This document shows positions 27,484 through 37,971 of a DNA stretch of 64,000 bases, in pieces (positions within the stretch are counted from its first letter, which is position 1; each line of letters begins with the position of its first letter). The translations under genes and the position numbers were made by a program. The stretch lies in assembly GCA_963674965.2 (NCBI GenBank), contig CAXXFL010000006.1:960001-1024000 (forward strand), written 5' to 3'. The notes under the pieces were generated by a model. That model was not told where the DNA came from. It saw only the letters and a program-made list of their open reading frames with translations, and searched no databases. The stretch is from a bacterium. Its GTDB lineage: Bacteria; RBG-13-61-14; DATKZS01.

Positions 27484-27499
27484 TGGCATTAATATTGCT
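27484..27499 (+). promoter_or_regulatory. Candidate sigma54 (-24/-12) promoter
   Basis: TGGCATTAATATTGCT, GG-N10-GC, in an AT-rich region upstream of the surface protein gene. Confidence 0.5.
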
Positions 27500-27638
27500 T
27501 TACAGGTTGGCGGCAGTTGCAATTATAACAATCCTTCATAAATATTCGGGCTTTAACGTTTTCGCGGGTTGCAAGATATAAAGTAATTTTATCGAATTCA
27601 ACGAATTCAGCATATAGAGTGGTCAATATTATACAAGA

Positions 27639-30600
27639 TTGGAAAAAAGACGGGTGGAAGGTAACAAAATGAAAAAGATGAAAAGGATTGGAAAAATGTT
27701 GTATGCAGTTAAAACGGAGGACGTGAAAAATCGCGTCTCGATCAAAATCAATGGCATGACGCCCGAAATATCATGGGGATTCGGGTTGGCCTTGGCGGCA
27801 TTTGTAGCGGCCATGACTATAACGCTTTTTATACCCGGCGCGTCCCTGGCCGAGGACGCCGTATATAGCGGGGGCTATACCGCGCCCTATTGTTCCTCCG
27901 CCGTCAGCCCCTGCAACGTTCCGCAGAGCCTGATAAACGGCAGGAGGACCATAACGGGTGGAGTCGAGCCCAACCAGCCAAACACGGTTTCCACCAGCCC
28001 TTGCCAGGACGGTAGATACGGGACTTACCACACGGACGAATCACTCGACAGCATGATTGTTTACAAACCGGCGGGCGGCCCATTCCTTCCGGGGGACACG
28101 GTCAGGCTCGAGGCCAACGTCTGGTGTTACTCCAGCGCCTCGGACAATCTGTACGTTTATCAGGCCGACTCGGCGGCTTCTCCCGTATGGAACCACGTGG
28201 GATCGGCCGGTTGCCCGGCCAACGGGGCCCATACCCTGACGGTTGATTTCCAACTTGGAGACACCTCGGGAGAGCAGGTGATAAGAGCGGCTTTTTATTA
28301 CGAAACGGCCGCCACTCCCTGCGACAACAACAGGAACACCTACAACGAGCGCGACGACGTGGTCCTGACCGTGGCCAGCGTCCAGGACGCCGACGGCGAC
28401 GGCATGCCCGACTCCTGGGAAATCCTGTATGGATGCATGCAGCCGAACACGGCCGACGACTTGGCCGACTACGACTCGGACGGGCTGCTCAACGTTGACG
28501 AGTACGCGAACTCCGGCGACCCCTGCGATCCCGACACCGACGGTGACGGACTTAACGACGGCGACGAGGTCCACCAGCACGGCAGCGACCCGACCATGAC
28601 CGACACGGACGGAGACGGTCTGAGCGATTACGACGAGGTCACCTTGCATCTAACCGACCCGGCCCTGGCCGACACCGAGAGCGATGGAATCCCGGACGGC
28701 TGGGAGGTCGATAATGGACTCGATCCGCTGGTTAACGACGCCGGAGACGACCCCGACTCGGACGGCCTGACCAATATCGAGGAATACGGCCACGATACCG
28801 ATCCTTTCGATCCCGACACCGACGGCGGGGGCGAGAACGACGGCTCGGAAGCGGCCGACGACAAGGACCCTCTCAACCCTCTCGACGACGGGGGAGAACT
28901 GGCCGGGTACGACGCGACTCTAACCTGCCCAAGCTGCACAACCGGATACAGCCCCTGCACCATCCGCGAGGCCCTCATCATGAGCCGCGACGGCCAGACG
29001 GGCCTGCCCGAGCCCAACCAGCCCAACACCATCGCCACCAGCGCCTGCGCCGACGGCTCGCAGGGAGAGTATCTGGATGACGAGTCAACGGACAAGATAA
29101 TCGTGACCAGCCAGAGCGGGGGTATCTTCAATCCCGGGGACACGGTCACGGTTAACGCCGAGGTCTGGTGCTGGGGCATTGGAAGTATTAACTCGCTCTA
29201 CGTCTATCACGCCGACTCGGTTACAACCCCGACCTGGACCCTGATGGGAACAGATACCTGCCAGGCCTTCGGTTACCAGAACCTGTCGGCCACCTTCCAG
29301 TTGGGACCGGACCCGGGCGAGCAGGTTATCAGGACGGCCTTTACCTATAACTCGGCCGCGGCTTCCTGCGACGCGGGAGGATACAACGACCGCGACGACC
29401 TGGTCCTGACCGTGATACCGTGGATGGACTCGGACGCGGACGGATTGTCCGACAGCATGGAAATGGCCAACTGCACGGACGAGACCAATCCCGACTCGGA
29501 CGGCGACGGTCTTTGCGACGGTGACACGGCGGTATTCGACGGGGCCACGCTTCTTTGCGCCGCCGGCGAGGACATTAACCTTAACGGAGTTGTTGACGCC
29601 GGCGAAACCGACCCCTGCAACTCCGACACCGACGGAGACGGAATGCCCGACGGGTGGGAGGTTGACAATGGCCTCGATCCTCTGACGGACGACTCGGCTT
29701 CCGACCCCGATATCGACGGGCTTACCAACCTGGAGGAATACAACAACGGCACAAACCCCAACGTGGCGGACACCGACGGAGATGGAATGCCGGATGGGTG
29801 GGAGGTTGATAATAGCCTCGATCCCCTTACCGACGACTCGGCCGCCGACCCCGATATCGACGGACTTACCAACCTCGAGGAATACAACAATGGGACCAAC
29901 CCCAACGTGGCCGATACCGACGGAGACGGAATGCCCGACGGGTGGGAGGTCGCCAATAGCCTCGATCCCCTTACCGACGACTCGGCTTCCGACCCCGATA
30001 TCGACGGACTTACCAACCTCGAGGAATACAACAATGGGACCAACCCCAACGTGGCCGATACCGACGGAGACGGAATGCCCGACGGGTGGGAGGTCGCCAA
30101 TAGCCTCGATCCCCTTACCGACGACTCGGCTTCCGACCCCGATATCGACGGACTCACCAACCTCGAGGAATACAACAACGGGACCAACCCCAACGTCGCG
30201 GACACCGACGGAGACGGAATGCCCGACGGGTGGGAGGTCGCCAATAGCCTCGATCCCCTTACGGACGACTCGGCCGCCGACCCCGATATCGACGGACTCA
30301 CCAACCTCGAGGAATACAACAACGGGACCAACCCCAACGTCGCGGACACCGACGGAGACGGAATGCCCGACGGGTGGGAGGTCGCCAATAGCCTCGATCC
30401 CCTTACCGACGACTCGGCCGCCGACCCCGATATCGACGGACTCACCAACCTCGAGGAATACAACAACGGGACCAACCCCAACGTCGCGGACACCGACGGA
30501 GACGGAATGCCCGACGGGTGGGAGGTCGCCAATAGCCTCGATCCTCTTACGGACGACTCGGCCGCAGACCCCGATATCGACGGACTCACCAACCTCGAGG

Positions 30601-32036
30601 AATACAACAACGGCACCAACCCCAACGTGGCCGACACCGACGGTGACGGAATGCCGGATGGGTGGGAGGTCGCCAATAGCCTCGATCCTCTGACGGACGA
30701 CTCGGCCGCAGACCCCGATATCGACGGGCTTACCAACCTCGAGGAATACAACAACGGCACCAACCCCAACGTGGCCGACACCGACGGTGACGGAATGCCG
30801 GATGGGTGGGAGGTCGGCTACAACTCCTGCGTCGATCCCGTCACGGCCGACGCGGCGGGCGATCCTGACGGCGACTCCTCCGACAACCTGGCGGAATACG
30901 GCGCGGGTACCGATCCATGCGTGGCACAGACGGGTGGAGATTCCGACGGCGACGGTCTTTCGGACGTTGACGAGGGCGGCACTTACGGCACCAATCCTTA
31001 CGAGCCGGACTCTGACAACGACGGGGTCGGCGATTATGAGGAGGTGATCGTCTCGGCCTGCCTCGATCCTCTAATCAACGACACCGACGGCGATGGCATT
31101 CTCGACGGCGGCAGCCTGGGCGAGGATATGGACGGCGACGGCGTGGTCGACTCGAACGAGACCGACCCGTGCAAGGCCGACAGCGATGACGACGGTCTTG
31201 AAGACGGCGATGAAGACTCCGCCGGCACGGACCCACTCTGGTGGGACACGGATGGAGACGCGCTACCCGACGGCTTCGAGGTGGCTAATCAGACGGGTCA
31301 TACTCAAAACCTTGACGCCCTCGATCCCTCGGACGGGTGCGTGGCCGACTTCGACGGCGACGGCAATCCGAACTGCCACGAGTATTACAATGGGTCCGAT
31401 CTCTGGGCCACGAGCCATACCGGCGCCCCGGGCTGCTATTACTGGGCGGAATCGGGAAACACGGTGGCGGTGGACGGTCTGGTCAGTCCCCTCGACGTGG
31501 CCGCTCTCAACAACCGCGTCATCTTGAAAGACACTTCCTACACGGGCGTCCTGCCCCCCAACGGCGACACCCAGGAACTGGACATGGACGAAATCATCTC
31601 TCCTCTCGATACCAGCATCATCACCCAGATGGTCAACAACATCGCCGTGGCCTCGGTCCCCGCGAAGCCGGTGGACCTCGAGCCGGTTGGCGGCCTCACC
31701 GTGAGCGTCGAGGTTGGCTACACGGTCCGGGTCTCCGCCGGGGTCCTAAACGCGGCCTCCAAGTACACCTCGGGCTTAGGCGTCATCTTCGCCATCGACC
31801 CATCCTCGACCGGATCGGGACTGGTCCTGGGCGGAGAGGGCAATGACGGGGCCGCCGGACGCTACGACGTGTCCGGCCCTATCGCCTCGGGCGGCCGTTC
31901 CTCCGTGGTTATAAGGGTGGACTCAACCGGCACGATCCTGGTGACGGCCACCATTCCCCAATGCGGCGCCGACGGACGGGGTCGCTACTGCGACGCGATC
32001 CCGGACGTTCCCGTAAAGGTCATCGTCGCGGAGTAA
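27639..32036 (+). CDS. Large secreted/surface protein with Ca-binding DxDxDG (TSP3-like) repeats
   Basis: Hydrophobic signal/anchor ending ASLA; two copies of a Cys-rich EPNQPNT...DES domain; many DTDGDG repeats; two dockerin-like motifs near the C-terminus; start uncertain. Confidence 0.85.
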   Translation: MEKRRVEGNKMKKMKRIGKMLYAVKTEDVKNRVSIKINGMTPEISWGFGLALAAFVAAMTITLFIPGASLAEDAVYSGGYTAPYCSSAVSPCNVPQSLINGRRTITGGVEPNQPNTVSTSPCQDGRYGTYHTDESLDSMIVYKPAGGPFLPGDTVRLEANVWCYSSASDNLYVYQADSAASPVWNHVGSAGCPANGAHTLTVDFQLGDTSGEQVIRAAFYYETAATPCDNNRNTYNERDDVVLTVASVQDADGDGMPDSWEILYGCMQPNTADDLADYDSDGLLNVDEYANSGDPCDPDTDGDGLNDGDEVHQHGSDPTMTDTDGDGLSDYDEVTLHLTDPALADTESDGIPDGWEVDNGLDPLVNDAGDDPDSDGLTNIEEYGHDTDPFDPDTDGGGENDGSEAADDKDPLNPLDDGGELAGYDATLTCPSCTTGYSPCTIREALIMSRDGQTGLPEPNQPNTIATSACADGSQGEYLDDESTDKIIVTSQSGGIFNPGDTVTVNAEVWCWGIGSINSLYVYHADSVTTPTWTLMGTDTCQAFGYQNLSATFQLGPDPGEQVIRTAFTYNSAAASCDAGGYNDRDDLVLTVIPWMDSDADGLSDSMEMANCTDETNPDSDGDGLCDGDTAVFDGATLLCAAGEDINLNGVVDAGETDPCNSDTDGDGMPDGWEVDNGLDPLTDDSASDPDIDGLTNLEEYNNGTNPNVADTDGDGMPDGWEVDNSLDPLTDDSAADPDIDGLTNLEEYNNGTNPNVADTDGDGMPDGWEVANSLDPLTDDSASDPDIDGLTNLEEYNNGTNPNVADTDGDGMPDGWEVANSLDPLTDDSASDPDIDGLTNLEEYNNGTNPNVADTDGDGMPDGWEVANSLDPLTDDSAADPDIDGLTNLEEYNNGTNPNVADTDGDGMPDGWEVANSLDPLTDDSAADPDIDGLTNLEEYNNGTNPNVADTDGDGMPDGWEVANSLDPLTDDSAADPDIDGLTNLEEYNNGTNPNVADTDGDGMPDGWEVANSLDPLTDDSAADPDIDGLTNLEEYNNGTNPNVADTDGDGMPDGWEVGYNSCVDPVTADAAGDPDGDSSDNLAEYGAGTDPCVAQTGGDSDGDGLSDVDEGGTYGTNPYEPDSDNDGVGDYEEVIVSACLDPLINDTDGDGILDGGSLGEDMDGDGVVDSNETDPCKADSDDDGLEDGDEDSAGTDPLWWDTDGDALPDGFEVANQTGHTQNLDALDPSDGCVADFDGDGNPNCHEYYNGSDLWATSHTGAPGCYYWAESGNTVAVDGLVSPLDVAALNNRVILKDTSYTGVLPPNGDTQELDMDEIISPLDTSIITQMVNNIAVASVPAKPVDLEPVGGLTVSVEVGYTVRVSAGVLNAASKYTSGLGVIFAIDPSSTGSGLVLGGEGNDGAAGRYDVSGPIASGGRSSVVIRVDSTGTILVTATIPQCGADGRGRYCDAIPDVPVKVIVAE
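29625..30815 (+). repeat. Intragenic tandem repeat, 8 x 144 bp plus a partial ninth copy
   Basis: 48-aa unit DTDGDGMPDGWEVANSLDPLTDDSAADPDIDGLTNLEEYNNGTNPNVA; first unit starts at 29625, ninth at 30777 (8 x 144 apart). Confidence 0.95.
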
Positions 32037-32052
32037 CCCTTAAATCGAAACG

Positions 32053-32091
32053 CAAAAAGGCGGGGGCCCTCGAGGTCCCCGCCCGCTTTTG
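32053..32091. terminator. Probable bidirectional terminator
   Basis: GC-rich hairpin flanked by A and T runs between convergent genes. Confidence 0.6.
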
Positions 32092-32103
32092 TAAAACCCT
32101 TTA

Positions 32104-33027
32104 TTACTGATTCCGGAAAAACTCGACCGTCTTTCCCAGCCCCCGCGTCAGGTCCATCTTGGCTTTCCATCCCATAAGTTTCGCGGCCAGGGAAGGATCG
32201 AGCACGCTTCTTCTCTGCTCGCCGGGCATGGGCGGTCCGTGCTTCTCGGGCATATTGGCTCCCGTGCTTTGGTTCAGGGTCCTGAAGATGGCGTTGACGT
32301 CCGTCTCGACGCCGGTGGCAACGTTTATCGGACCGGTCACGTCCTTCTCGAGCGCCAGAAGATTGGCCCGGGCCACGTCGCCCACGTAAACGAAGTCGCG
32401 CGTCTGGCCGCCGTCGCCGTTGATGGTGGCCTCCGCGCCGGCGAGCATCCTCTGGCAGAAGATGGCCACCACGCCCGCCTCGCCGTGAGGGTCCTGCCTG
32501 GGGCCGTAAACGTTCGAGTAGCGAAGGGCTGTCCATTTGATCCCGTACTGGACCCCATAAAAAAACAGATAACGCTCGACGGAAAGCTTGGCCACCCCGT
32601 AGGGAGACAAGGGCCTCTCGATATGCGACTCGGGGGCCGGAAAGGTTTCCTGCTCCCCGTAAATGGCCCCGCCCGTCGAGGCGAATAAAAACCTTTTCAC
32701 TCCATGTTTTTCGCAGGCCTTCAGCAGACGAAGGCCCCCGATTATGTTGACCTCCGCGTCGAAGTCCGGATCGCGGACCGAGTCCCGCACGCTTACCTGG
32801 GCCGCGTGATGGTTGATCACCTCGGGCCTATATTGGGAAAAAATCCTCTCGATGGCCTTCTCGTCCCTCACGTCGGCTTTCTCGAAGCCGGCTTTTTGAG
32901 GAAGGTTCTCCCTTTTTCCCCGCGACAGGTCGTCCATGGCCAGGACCTCGTGACCCGCGCCCAGGTAAGCCTCCACCACGTGGGAACCGATAAAGCCGGC
33001 CCCTCCAGTAACCAGTATTCTCGACAT
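32104..33027 (-). CDS. NAD-dependent epimerase/dehydratase (UDP-glucose 4-epimerase-like)
   Basis: GGAGFIG, ASTGGAIYG, YGVAK, RYSNVYGP. Confidence 0.9.
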   Translation of the reverse strand: MSRILVTGGAGFIGSHVVEAYLGAGHEVLAMDDLSRGKRENLPQKAGFEKADVRDEKAIERIFSQYRPEVINHHAAQVSVRDSVRDPDFDAEVNIIGGLRLLKACEKHGVKRFLFASTGGAIYGEQETFPAPESHIERPLSPYGVAKLSVERYLFFYGVQYGIKWTALRYSNVYGPRQDPHGEAGVVAIFCQRMLAGAEATINGDGGQTRDFVYVGDVARANLLALEKDVTGPINVATGVETDVNAIFRTLNQSTGANMPEKHGPPMPGEQRRSVLDPSLAAKLMGWKAKMDLTRGLGKTVEFFRNQ

Positions 33028-33029
33028 GT

Positions 33030-34127
33030 TTATAAAACCTCTTTCTTGCCGCGACTCTCGAGGGTCTTTATCAGACTCTTCAGGTCATCCTCCTTGTCCC
33101 GCCTCATAACGAGAAGGGCGTCATCCGTGTCCACGACCACCAGGTCGTCGACCCCCAAAAGCGCGATAACCTTCGAGCCGCTCGCCAGGCAACCCCTCGA
33201 GCCGACCGAGATGCATTCCTTGTCCAATACGTTCTTCTCGCCGTCGCCGCCCCTCAAGCGGTAAAGGGCGTCCCATCCCCCGACGTCGCTCCATCCGAAG
33301 TCCCCCTCGATCACCACGACGTTGTCCGCTTTTTCCATGACGCCGTAATCCACGCTCACTTTCTCGAGGCGTCCGAACTCGCGGGCGATCACCCTCGCCT
33401 GTCCGGGCGTTCCCATGGCGGCGCCTATTTTTTCAAGCGGTGCGGTCATGGTGGGAAGATGCCTGGCATAGGCTTCCAGCATGATTTTGGCCCGGGAGAC
33501 GAACATGCCCGCGTTCCAAAGATAGCCCCTGGCCATGTACTTTTTTGCCAGGGCCGCGTCCGGCTTTTCCTTGAAATTTTTAACCTTGGCTATCCCGGAG
33601 CTCTCGGCAACCGCGGCGCCGGGCTGGATGTATCCATAGGATGACGTGGGCCGGTCCGGCTTGATTCCTATGGTCACGATTACGTCCATGCTCCTCGCGG
33701 CGCGGGCCGCCTCGAGAAGAACTTTCCTGAAACGGGCCGGCCGAAGGATGGAGTGGTCAGACGGCAAAACGGCCACGACCGCGTCTTCCCGCTCCGGGCA
33801 ATAGGCGCTGGCGTGGCGCATGGCCAGGCCGATGCAGGGAGCGGTGTCCCTGCCCTCGGGCTCGATAACGTAATTTTGCAAGGGGATTTCCCTGACGAGA
33901 CCGGATATCTTCTTCGAGAGGCCCTTGTCGCAGGAGATGAAAATCCTCTCTTGCGGAACAAGGCCAAGGACGCGATCGACCGTCTCTTTCACCAGTGGCG
34001 CCCCGCCGGTGATAGGAAGAAGCTGCTTGGGAATGGATTCCCGACTCCGGGGCCAGAAACGCCGGCCCTTGCCGCCCGCCATTATTACGACCGCCAGGTC
34101 CTTTTCCTTGCCTCGATTCTTTGCCAT
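33030..34127 (-). CDS. manC: Mannose-1-phosphate guanylyltransferase
   Basis: MAGGKGRRFWPRSR..PKQ, EPEGRDTAP, PSDH, FKEKP, WSDVGGW. Confidence 0.9.
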   Translation of the reverse strand: MAKNRGKEKDLAVVIMAGGKGRRFWPRSRESIPKQLLPITGGAPLVKETVDRVLGLVPQERIFISCDKGLSKKISGLVREIPLQNYVIEPEGRDTAPCIGLAMRHASAYCPEREDAVVAVLPSDHSILRPARFRKVLLEAARAARSMDVIVTIGIKPDRPTSSYGYIQPGAAVAESSGIAKVKNFKEKPDAALAKKYMARGYLWNAGMFVSRAKIMLEAYARHLPTMTAPLEKIGAAMGTPGQARVIAREFGRLEKVSVDYGVMEKADNVVVIEGDFGWSDVGGWDALYRLRGGDGEKNVLDKECISVGSRGCLASGSKVIALLGVDDLVVVDTDDALLVMRRDKEDDLKSLIKTLESRGKKEVL

Positions 34128-34131
34128 CCCC

Positions 34132-34899
34132 TCAGTAATCTCCCACCACCGGATCGAGCTTTTGCGCCAGCCGCCTGGGATTGGTCTCCAGGACCCGCTC
34201 GGCCGTTTCCCGGCCCAGAATTTTATCCGCCTTCTTGCGCCATCCCTTGAGGAACAGCCTCCTCAGTCCGTCGGCGCTATGTCCGTCGGTCCCGACCAGG
34301 TCGATAAGTCCGTCCCTGGCCATCTTCTTGACCGTCTTTTGCGCGGGTTTTCCCGAAAGGCCCAAAACGCTTTCCAGGTTGACCTGGAAATAATAGCCCT
34401 TGGACCTTAAGTCCTTTAGCACCTTGTGGTCCTTGAGAACGTACATGTACCTGTCCGGATGGGCCAGGATGGGCCGGAAAAACGGTATCCGCTTGTAAAG
34501 TTCCTCAGGGTCGTCCGGGTCGGGAAAGGTGGGAAAGTCCACGTTCAGCGGCATCTGCATCACCTGGAACTCGACGAGAATATAGTTCGAGTCCGCCATG
34601 CCGCATATGGGATGATGGAACCTGATGAGGTCGTGGAAGGGCCTGTCGAAATATACTTCCGTTCCGATCAAGGCCTCCAGGTCAAGTCCTTCCCCGGCCA
34701 GGGCCTTTTGGAACTCGGCCAGGACGTCGGCCACTTTCCGGGAGTCGTTCCTGAACCTTTTGTCGTCCATCAAATGGGGCGTGGCGAAAACGGCTTGAAA
34801 CCCGTTTTCCATAAGCACCCTGGCCATGTTCAAGGACTCCTCCATGGTGGAGGCCCCGTCGTCTATGCCCGGTAAAATATGGCAATGAGCGTCGATCAA
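34132..34899 (-). CDS. PHP-family tyrosine-protein phosphatase (CpsB/YwqE-like)
   Basis: IDAHCHILPGIDDG, ATPH, LAHPDRY, GTDGH. Confidence 0.88.
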   Translation of the reverse strand: MIDAHCHILPGIDDGASTMEESLNMARVLMENGFQAVFATPHLMDDKRFRNDSRKVADVLAEFQKALAGEGLDLEALIGTEVYFDRPFHDLIRFHHPICGMADSNYILVEFQVMQMPLNVDFPTFPDPDDPEELYKRIPFFRPILAHPDRYMYVLKDHKVLKDLRSKGYYFQVNLESVLGLSGKPAQKTVKKMARDGLIDLVGTDGHSADGLRRLFLKGWRKKADKILGRETAERVLETNPRRLAQKLDPVVGDY

Positions 34900-35579
34900 G
34901 ATTTTCCCCGCCTTTCCCCCGCGTCACCGCCGGTTTTTCTGCTGACGGTCAAGTCTTTTTTGATGGAAGAGTGCGCCGGACAAAGAGGCGCGCCAGTCTC
35001 GGCGTCACGGTAATAAGCCCTGGCCCCGCATACGTCGCAGCGTTTGGAGAACGAGAACACGATGAAGTCGGTGAGAAATCGATCGAGGTTGGCCGATATA
35101 AGCTCTAAAAATGTCCTTTTTTTCTTTAAATACAGGATGATCGTTCCCGCCAGTATGGCCACCATCAAAACGCCCTGCACTCCGATGACCGTAATTTGGC
35201 GAAGATGCTCGTAATGAATGTAATTACCGAGACTTAAGTCAACCTTCGAGAAGGGCCAAAGCCACGCGTGGGGCCAGGAAGGATCGTTGGTGACCAAGTC
35301 GATCGCCAGTTGAAGGGACGCGGTAACCGAGCAGACGATAAACATCTCCAGCCTTCTTTTCTTGCTGAGAACGGCGAACACGGCGCCGACGAGCAGGCAG
35401 AAAGTCAGATTGTTGCTGAAGGTATGATGAAGCTTTTCCCAAAGCTCGGGCGGATATATGAATATGCCGTCGAGATCGGGCAAAAGGGACGCCAGCATGA
35501 TCAATCTGCGTTCACGCGAGTCATAACCGCGAGCCGAGGCTATAAGGGCGCCGACTTGAAGATGATATAACGGACTCAT
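34896..35579 (-). CDS. Membrane metal-dependent hydrolase (YdjM-like) with a C-terminal Cys motif
   Basis: SLLPDLD...HHTFS, WLWPFS, transmembrane segments; CDVC...CPAH. Confidence 0.7.
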   Translation of the reverse strand: MSPLYHLQVGALIASARGYDSRERRLIMLASLLPDLDGIFIYPPELWEKLHHTFSNNLTFCLLVGAVFAVLSKKRRLEMFIVCSVTASLQLAIDLVTNDPSWPHAWLWPFSKVDLSLGNYIHYEHLRQITVIGVQGVLMVAILAGTIILYLKKKRTFLELISANLDRFLTDFIVFSFSKRCDVCGARAYYRDAETGAPLCPAHSSIKKDLTVSRKTGGDAGERRGKS

Positions 35580-35859
35580 CGACTATCCAATTTATAATGA
35601 AGATGAAGCGGGGGCAAATCGGCGTTAGAACCGATCGCCTAAGCCCGCGTTATTAATAATATGGAGGCGGCCGGCCCCGCTTCAGTCGAAATGGGGCCTT
35701 GGCGAATAATGGATTTAACGAGAGAAAAATGAACCGACAAAAAATGAGCCGGGGCAAGCCAAAAATATCTAAACGTGGTATAATGCGTAAAACGACGCGG
35801 CCGGTGGCCTTGAAAATCCCCGGAGCGTCGGCGACAAGCGATTCATGAGGTACAGGTGA

Positions 35860-36639
35860 ATGCAAGAAATACTTACCCTCTCCTTTTTCTCGACCTTAGC
35901 TCCATTGTCCGCTCACGACTCCATGAGCGTCTGGACCCTTGTCTGGAACGCCGGGCCCATGGTCAAGTTCGTCATGTTCGTTCTGGCCATGTTCTCGGTA
36001 TTCGGCTGGGGCATTATCGGCTTCAAGTTCTGGCAGCTTCGCCAGGCCCATAACGAGTCCAAACTTTTCCTCAAGGCCTTCTGGGCTGGAGAGAGCCTTG
36101 AGCAGGTGACGATCTCGACCAAGCGCTTTCAGGCGACTCCCCTGGCCCACGTTTTCAGGGCGGGCATGGACGAGCTTGACCAGATCAGAAAAGGCAGAAG
36201 GAGGGAGGACGAAAGCTCCCTGGCCGAGTATTCCAAGGAGGAGATGGGCCTCGAGAACGTCGAGCGCGCCCTCCGCCGGGCCTCGACGGAGGAGATGGCC
36301 AAGCTGACCCGCTTCATCAGCTTCCTGGCCACCACTGGCTCGACGGCGCCCTTCATCGGGCTCTTCGGCACGGTCTGGGGCATCATGAACAGCTTCCAGG
36401 CCATTGGCTCGAAAAAGGGCGCCGGCTTCGAGGTGGTGGGCGCGGGCATTTCCGAGGCCCTTATCGCCACGGCCGTGGGCCTGGCCGCCGCCATACCGGC
36501 GGTGGTGGCCTATAACTATTTTCTTTCCCAGCTCCGCGCCATTCAGACGGAACTGGACAACTTTCAAATCGAGTTCCTGAACATCATCGAGCGTCATTAT
36601 CTTAAGAAAAGGTTTTCCTACCGAAGGATCGAGGAATAG
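35860..36639 (+). CDS. tolQ: TolQ
   Basis: FLATTGSTAPFIGLFGTVWGIM; GISEALIATAVGLAAAIPAV. Confidence 0.9.
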   Translation: MQEILTLSFFSTLAPLSAHDSMSVWTLVWNAGPMVKFVMFVLAMFSVFGWGIIGFKFWQLRQAHNESKLFLKAFWAGESLEQVTISTKRFQATPLAHVFRAGMDELDQIRKGRRREDESSLAEYSKEEMGLENVERALRRASTEEMAKLTRFISFLATTGSTAPFIGLFGTVWGIMNSFQAIGSKKGAGFEVVGAGISEALIATAVGLAAAIPAVVAYNYFLSQLRAIQTELDNFQIEFLNIIERHYLKKRFSYRRIEE

Positions 36640-36650
36640 GGGAAAAGACC

Positions 36651-37091
36651 ATGGCCATGCAAACGGGAAACGGCGGCTCGAACCTGCCCATGTCGGAAAT
36701 AAACGTCACCCCCCTCGTGGACGTGATGCTGGTCCTGCTTATCATCTTCATGGTGGCGGCCCCCCATTTGACGCAGGGCGTAAACGTGGACCTGCCCGAG
36801 GCCAGCGTGTCGCCCTTGCCCGCGGTCAACGACCAGTTGGTGATAAAGATAGCCGAGGACAAAAAGGTTTACCTCGAGGCCAACGGCGGCAACATGGAGT
36901 TTCAGGACCTCCATAAGCTGGAGCTGGCCATCAAGGACTGGCTTCCGCGCTTGAGCGGAAAAGAGGTTTATATTAGGGCCGATAAAAAGGTGCCCTACGG
37001 GTTCGTGGTCCAGGTCATGGCCGTTGCCCAAAACGCCGGGGCCGGGGGCCTGGGAATGGTGACTCAACCCGAGGAGATTAAAATAAAATGA
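36651..37091 (+). CDS. tolR: TolR/ExbD
   Basis: EINVTPLVDVMLVLLIIFMV; IRADKKVPYG. Confidence 0.9.
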   Translation: MAMQTGNGGSNLPMSEINVTPLVDVMLVLLIIFMVAAPHLTQGVNVDLPEASVSPLPAVNDQLVIKIAEDKKVYLEANGGNMEFQDLHKLELAIKDWLPRLSGKEVYIRADKKVPYGFVVQVMAVAQNAGAGGLGMVTQPEEIKIK

Positions 37092-37957
37092 GCGCGGACT
37101 CCGCGAATAACGTGCGAAAGAAAATGGACGCCAACGCCGGCTTCAGGTTTTTTCTGGCCGCGTCCCTTATCGCGCATCTGATCGCGCTGGCAAGCGTGGC
37201 CGTGTCGGGCTGCATTCACGGGAAACCGAAGTGGCAATACAGCGTGGTTTCCGTCAGGACCTTCGCCGCTCCTCCCGGGGCCAAAACCGGGCCGCCCAAA
37301 ACGGCCCCTTCCAAGCCGGCTAAGACCTTTAAACCGGCCGAAAAAAAGCCCAAACCCGCGGAGGTGAAAAAGCCCGACCCTCCCAAGCCCGAGGCGAAAA
37401 AGGTAATCTCCGACAATACGGCGAAAAAGAAGCCGGAGGAACCGAAAAAGAAACCCGAGGCGCCGAAAAAAGAACCGGCCGCGGAAAAGCCCAAGGAGGC
37501 CCCCAAAGAAGTACCCAAAGAGGAGCCAAAGCCCGATACGCCGCCCGAGGACATGGACGACATAAGCCGGCTCCTGGACGACGCGCCCGATTTTTCCTCG
37601 CCGGGCGACGCGGGGGAAGGAGACGCGGGAGTGGGCGGCTTCGCCGGCGAGCTCGATCCCCGGCTCCGGATTTATTACGGCGACCTCTCGCAAAGGATGT
37701 GGGAGGCCTGGCGTCTTCCTCCCACCGTTCCTTACGACGCGGGCCTCGAGGTCATCGTGCTTTTCGTGATCGACTACCAGGGACGGCTTCTCCACTTCGA
37801 GATTCAGAAGGAATCTGGCAACTTCGACATGGACCAGTCGGTGAAGGACCTCCTGGCCGACCTGGAGGACAAAACCTTTCCCGCCCTGCCCTTCCGGCCT
37901 GAACAGGACAGCGTAAAATTCAAGCTGCGCTTTACGCCCAGCCCCCAGGGACCTTAA
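37088..37957 (+). CDS. TolA/TonB family protein
   Basis: N-terminal TM with SxxxH, Pro/Lys/Glu-rich linker, TonB_C-like domain (ESGNFDMDQSV). Confidence 0.8.
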   Translation: MSADSANNVRKKMDANAGFRFFLAASLIAHLIALASVAVSGCIHGKPKWQYSVVSVRTFAAPPGAKTGPPKTAPSKPAKTFKPAEKKPKPAEVKKPDPPKPEAKKVISDNTAKKKPEEPKKKPEAPKKEPAAEKPKEAPKEVPKEEPKPDTPPEDMDDISRLLDDAPDFSSPGDAGEGDAGVGGFAGELDPRLRIYYGDLSQRMWEAWRLPPTVPYDAGLEVIVLFVIDYQGRLLHFEIQKESGNFDMDQSVKDLLADLEDKTFPALPFRPEQDSVKFKLRFTPSPQGP

Positions 37958-37971
37958 AAGGACGAAACATA

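Noticed and set aside
29345-30781. 478-aa minus-strand and 303-aa alternate-frame repetitive ORFs
   Set aside because: Shadows of the 144-bp coding repeat.
29625-30815. Tandem array as a possible CRISPR or DGR
   Set aside because: In-frame 144-bp coding units with no unique spacers; no cas operon or reverse transcriptase; variation is mostly synonymous.
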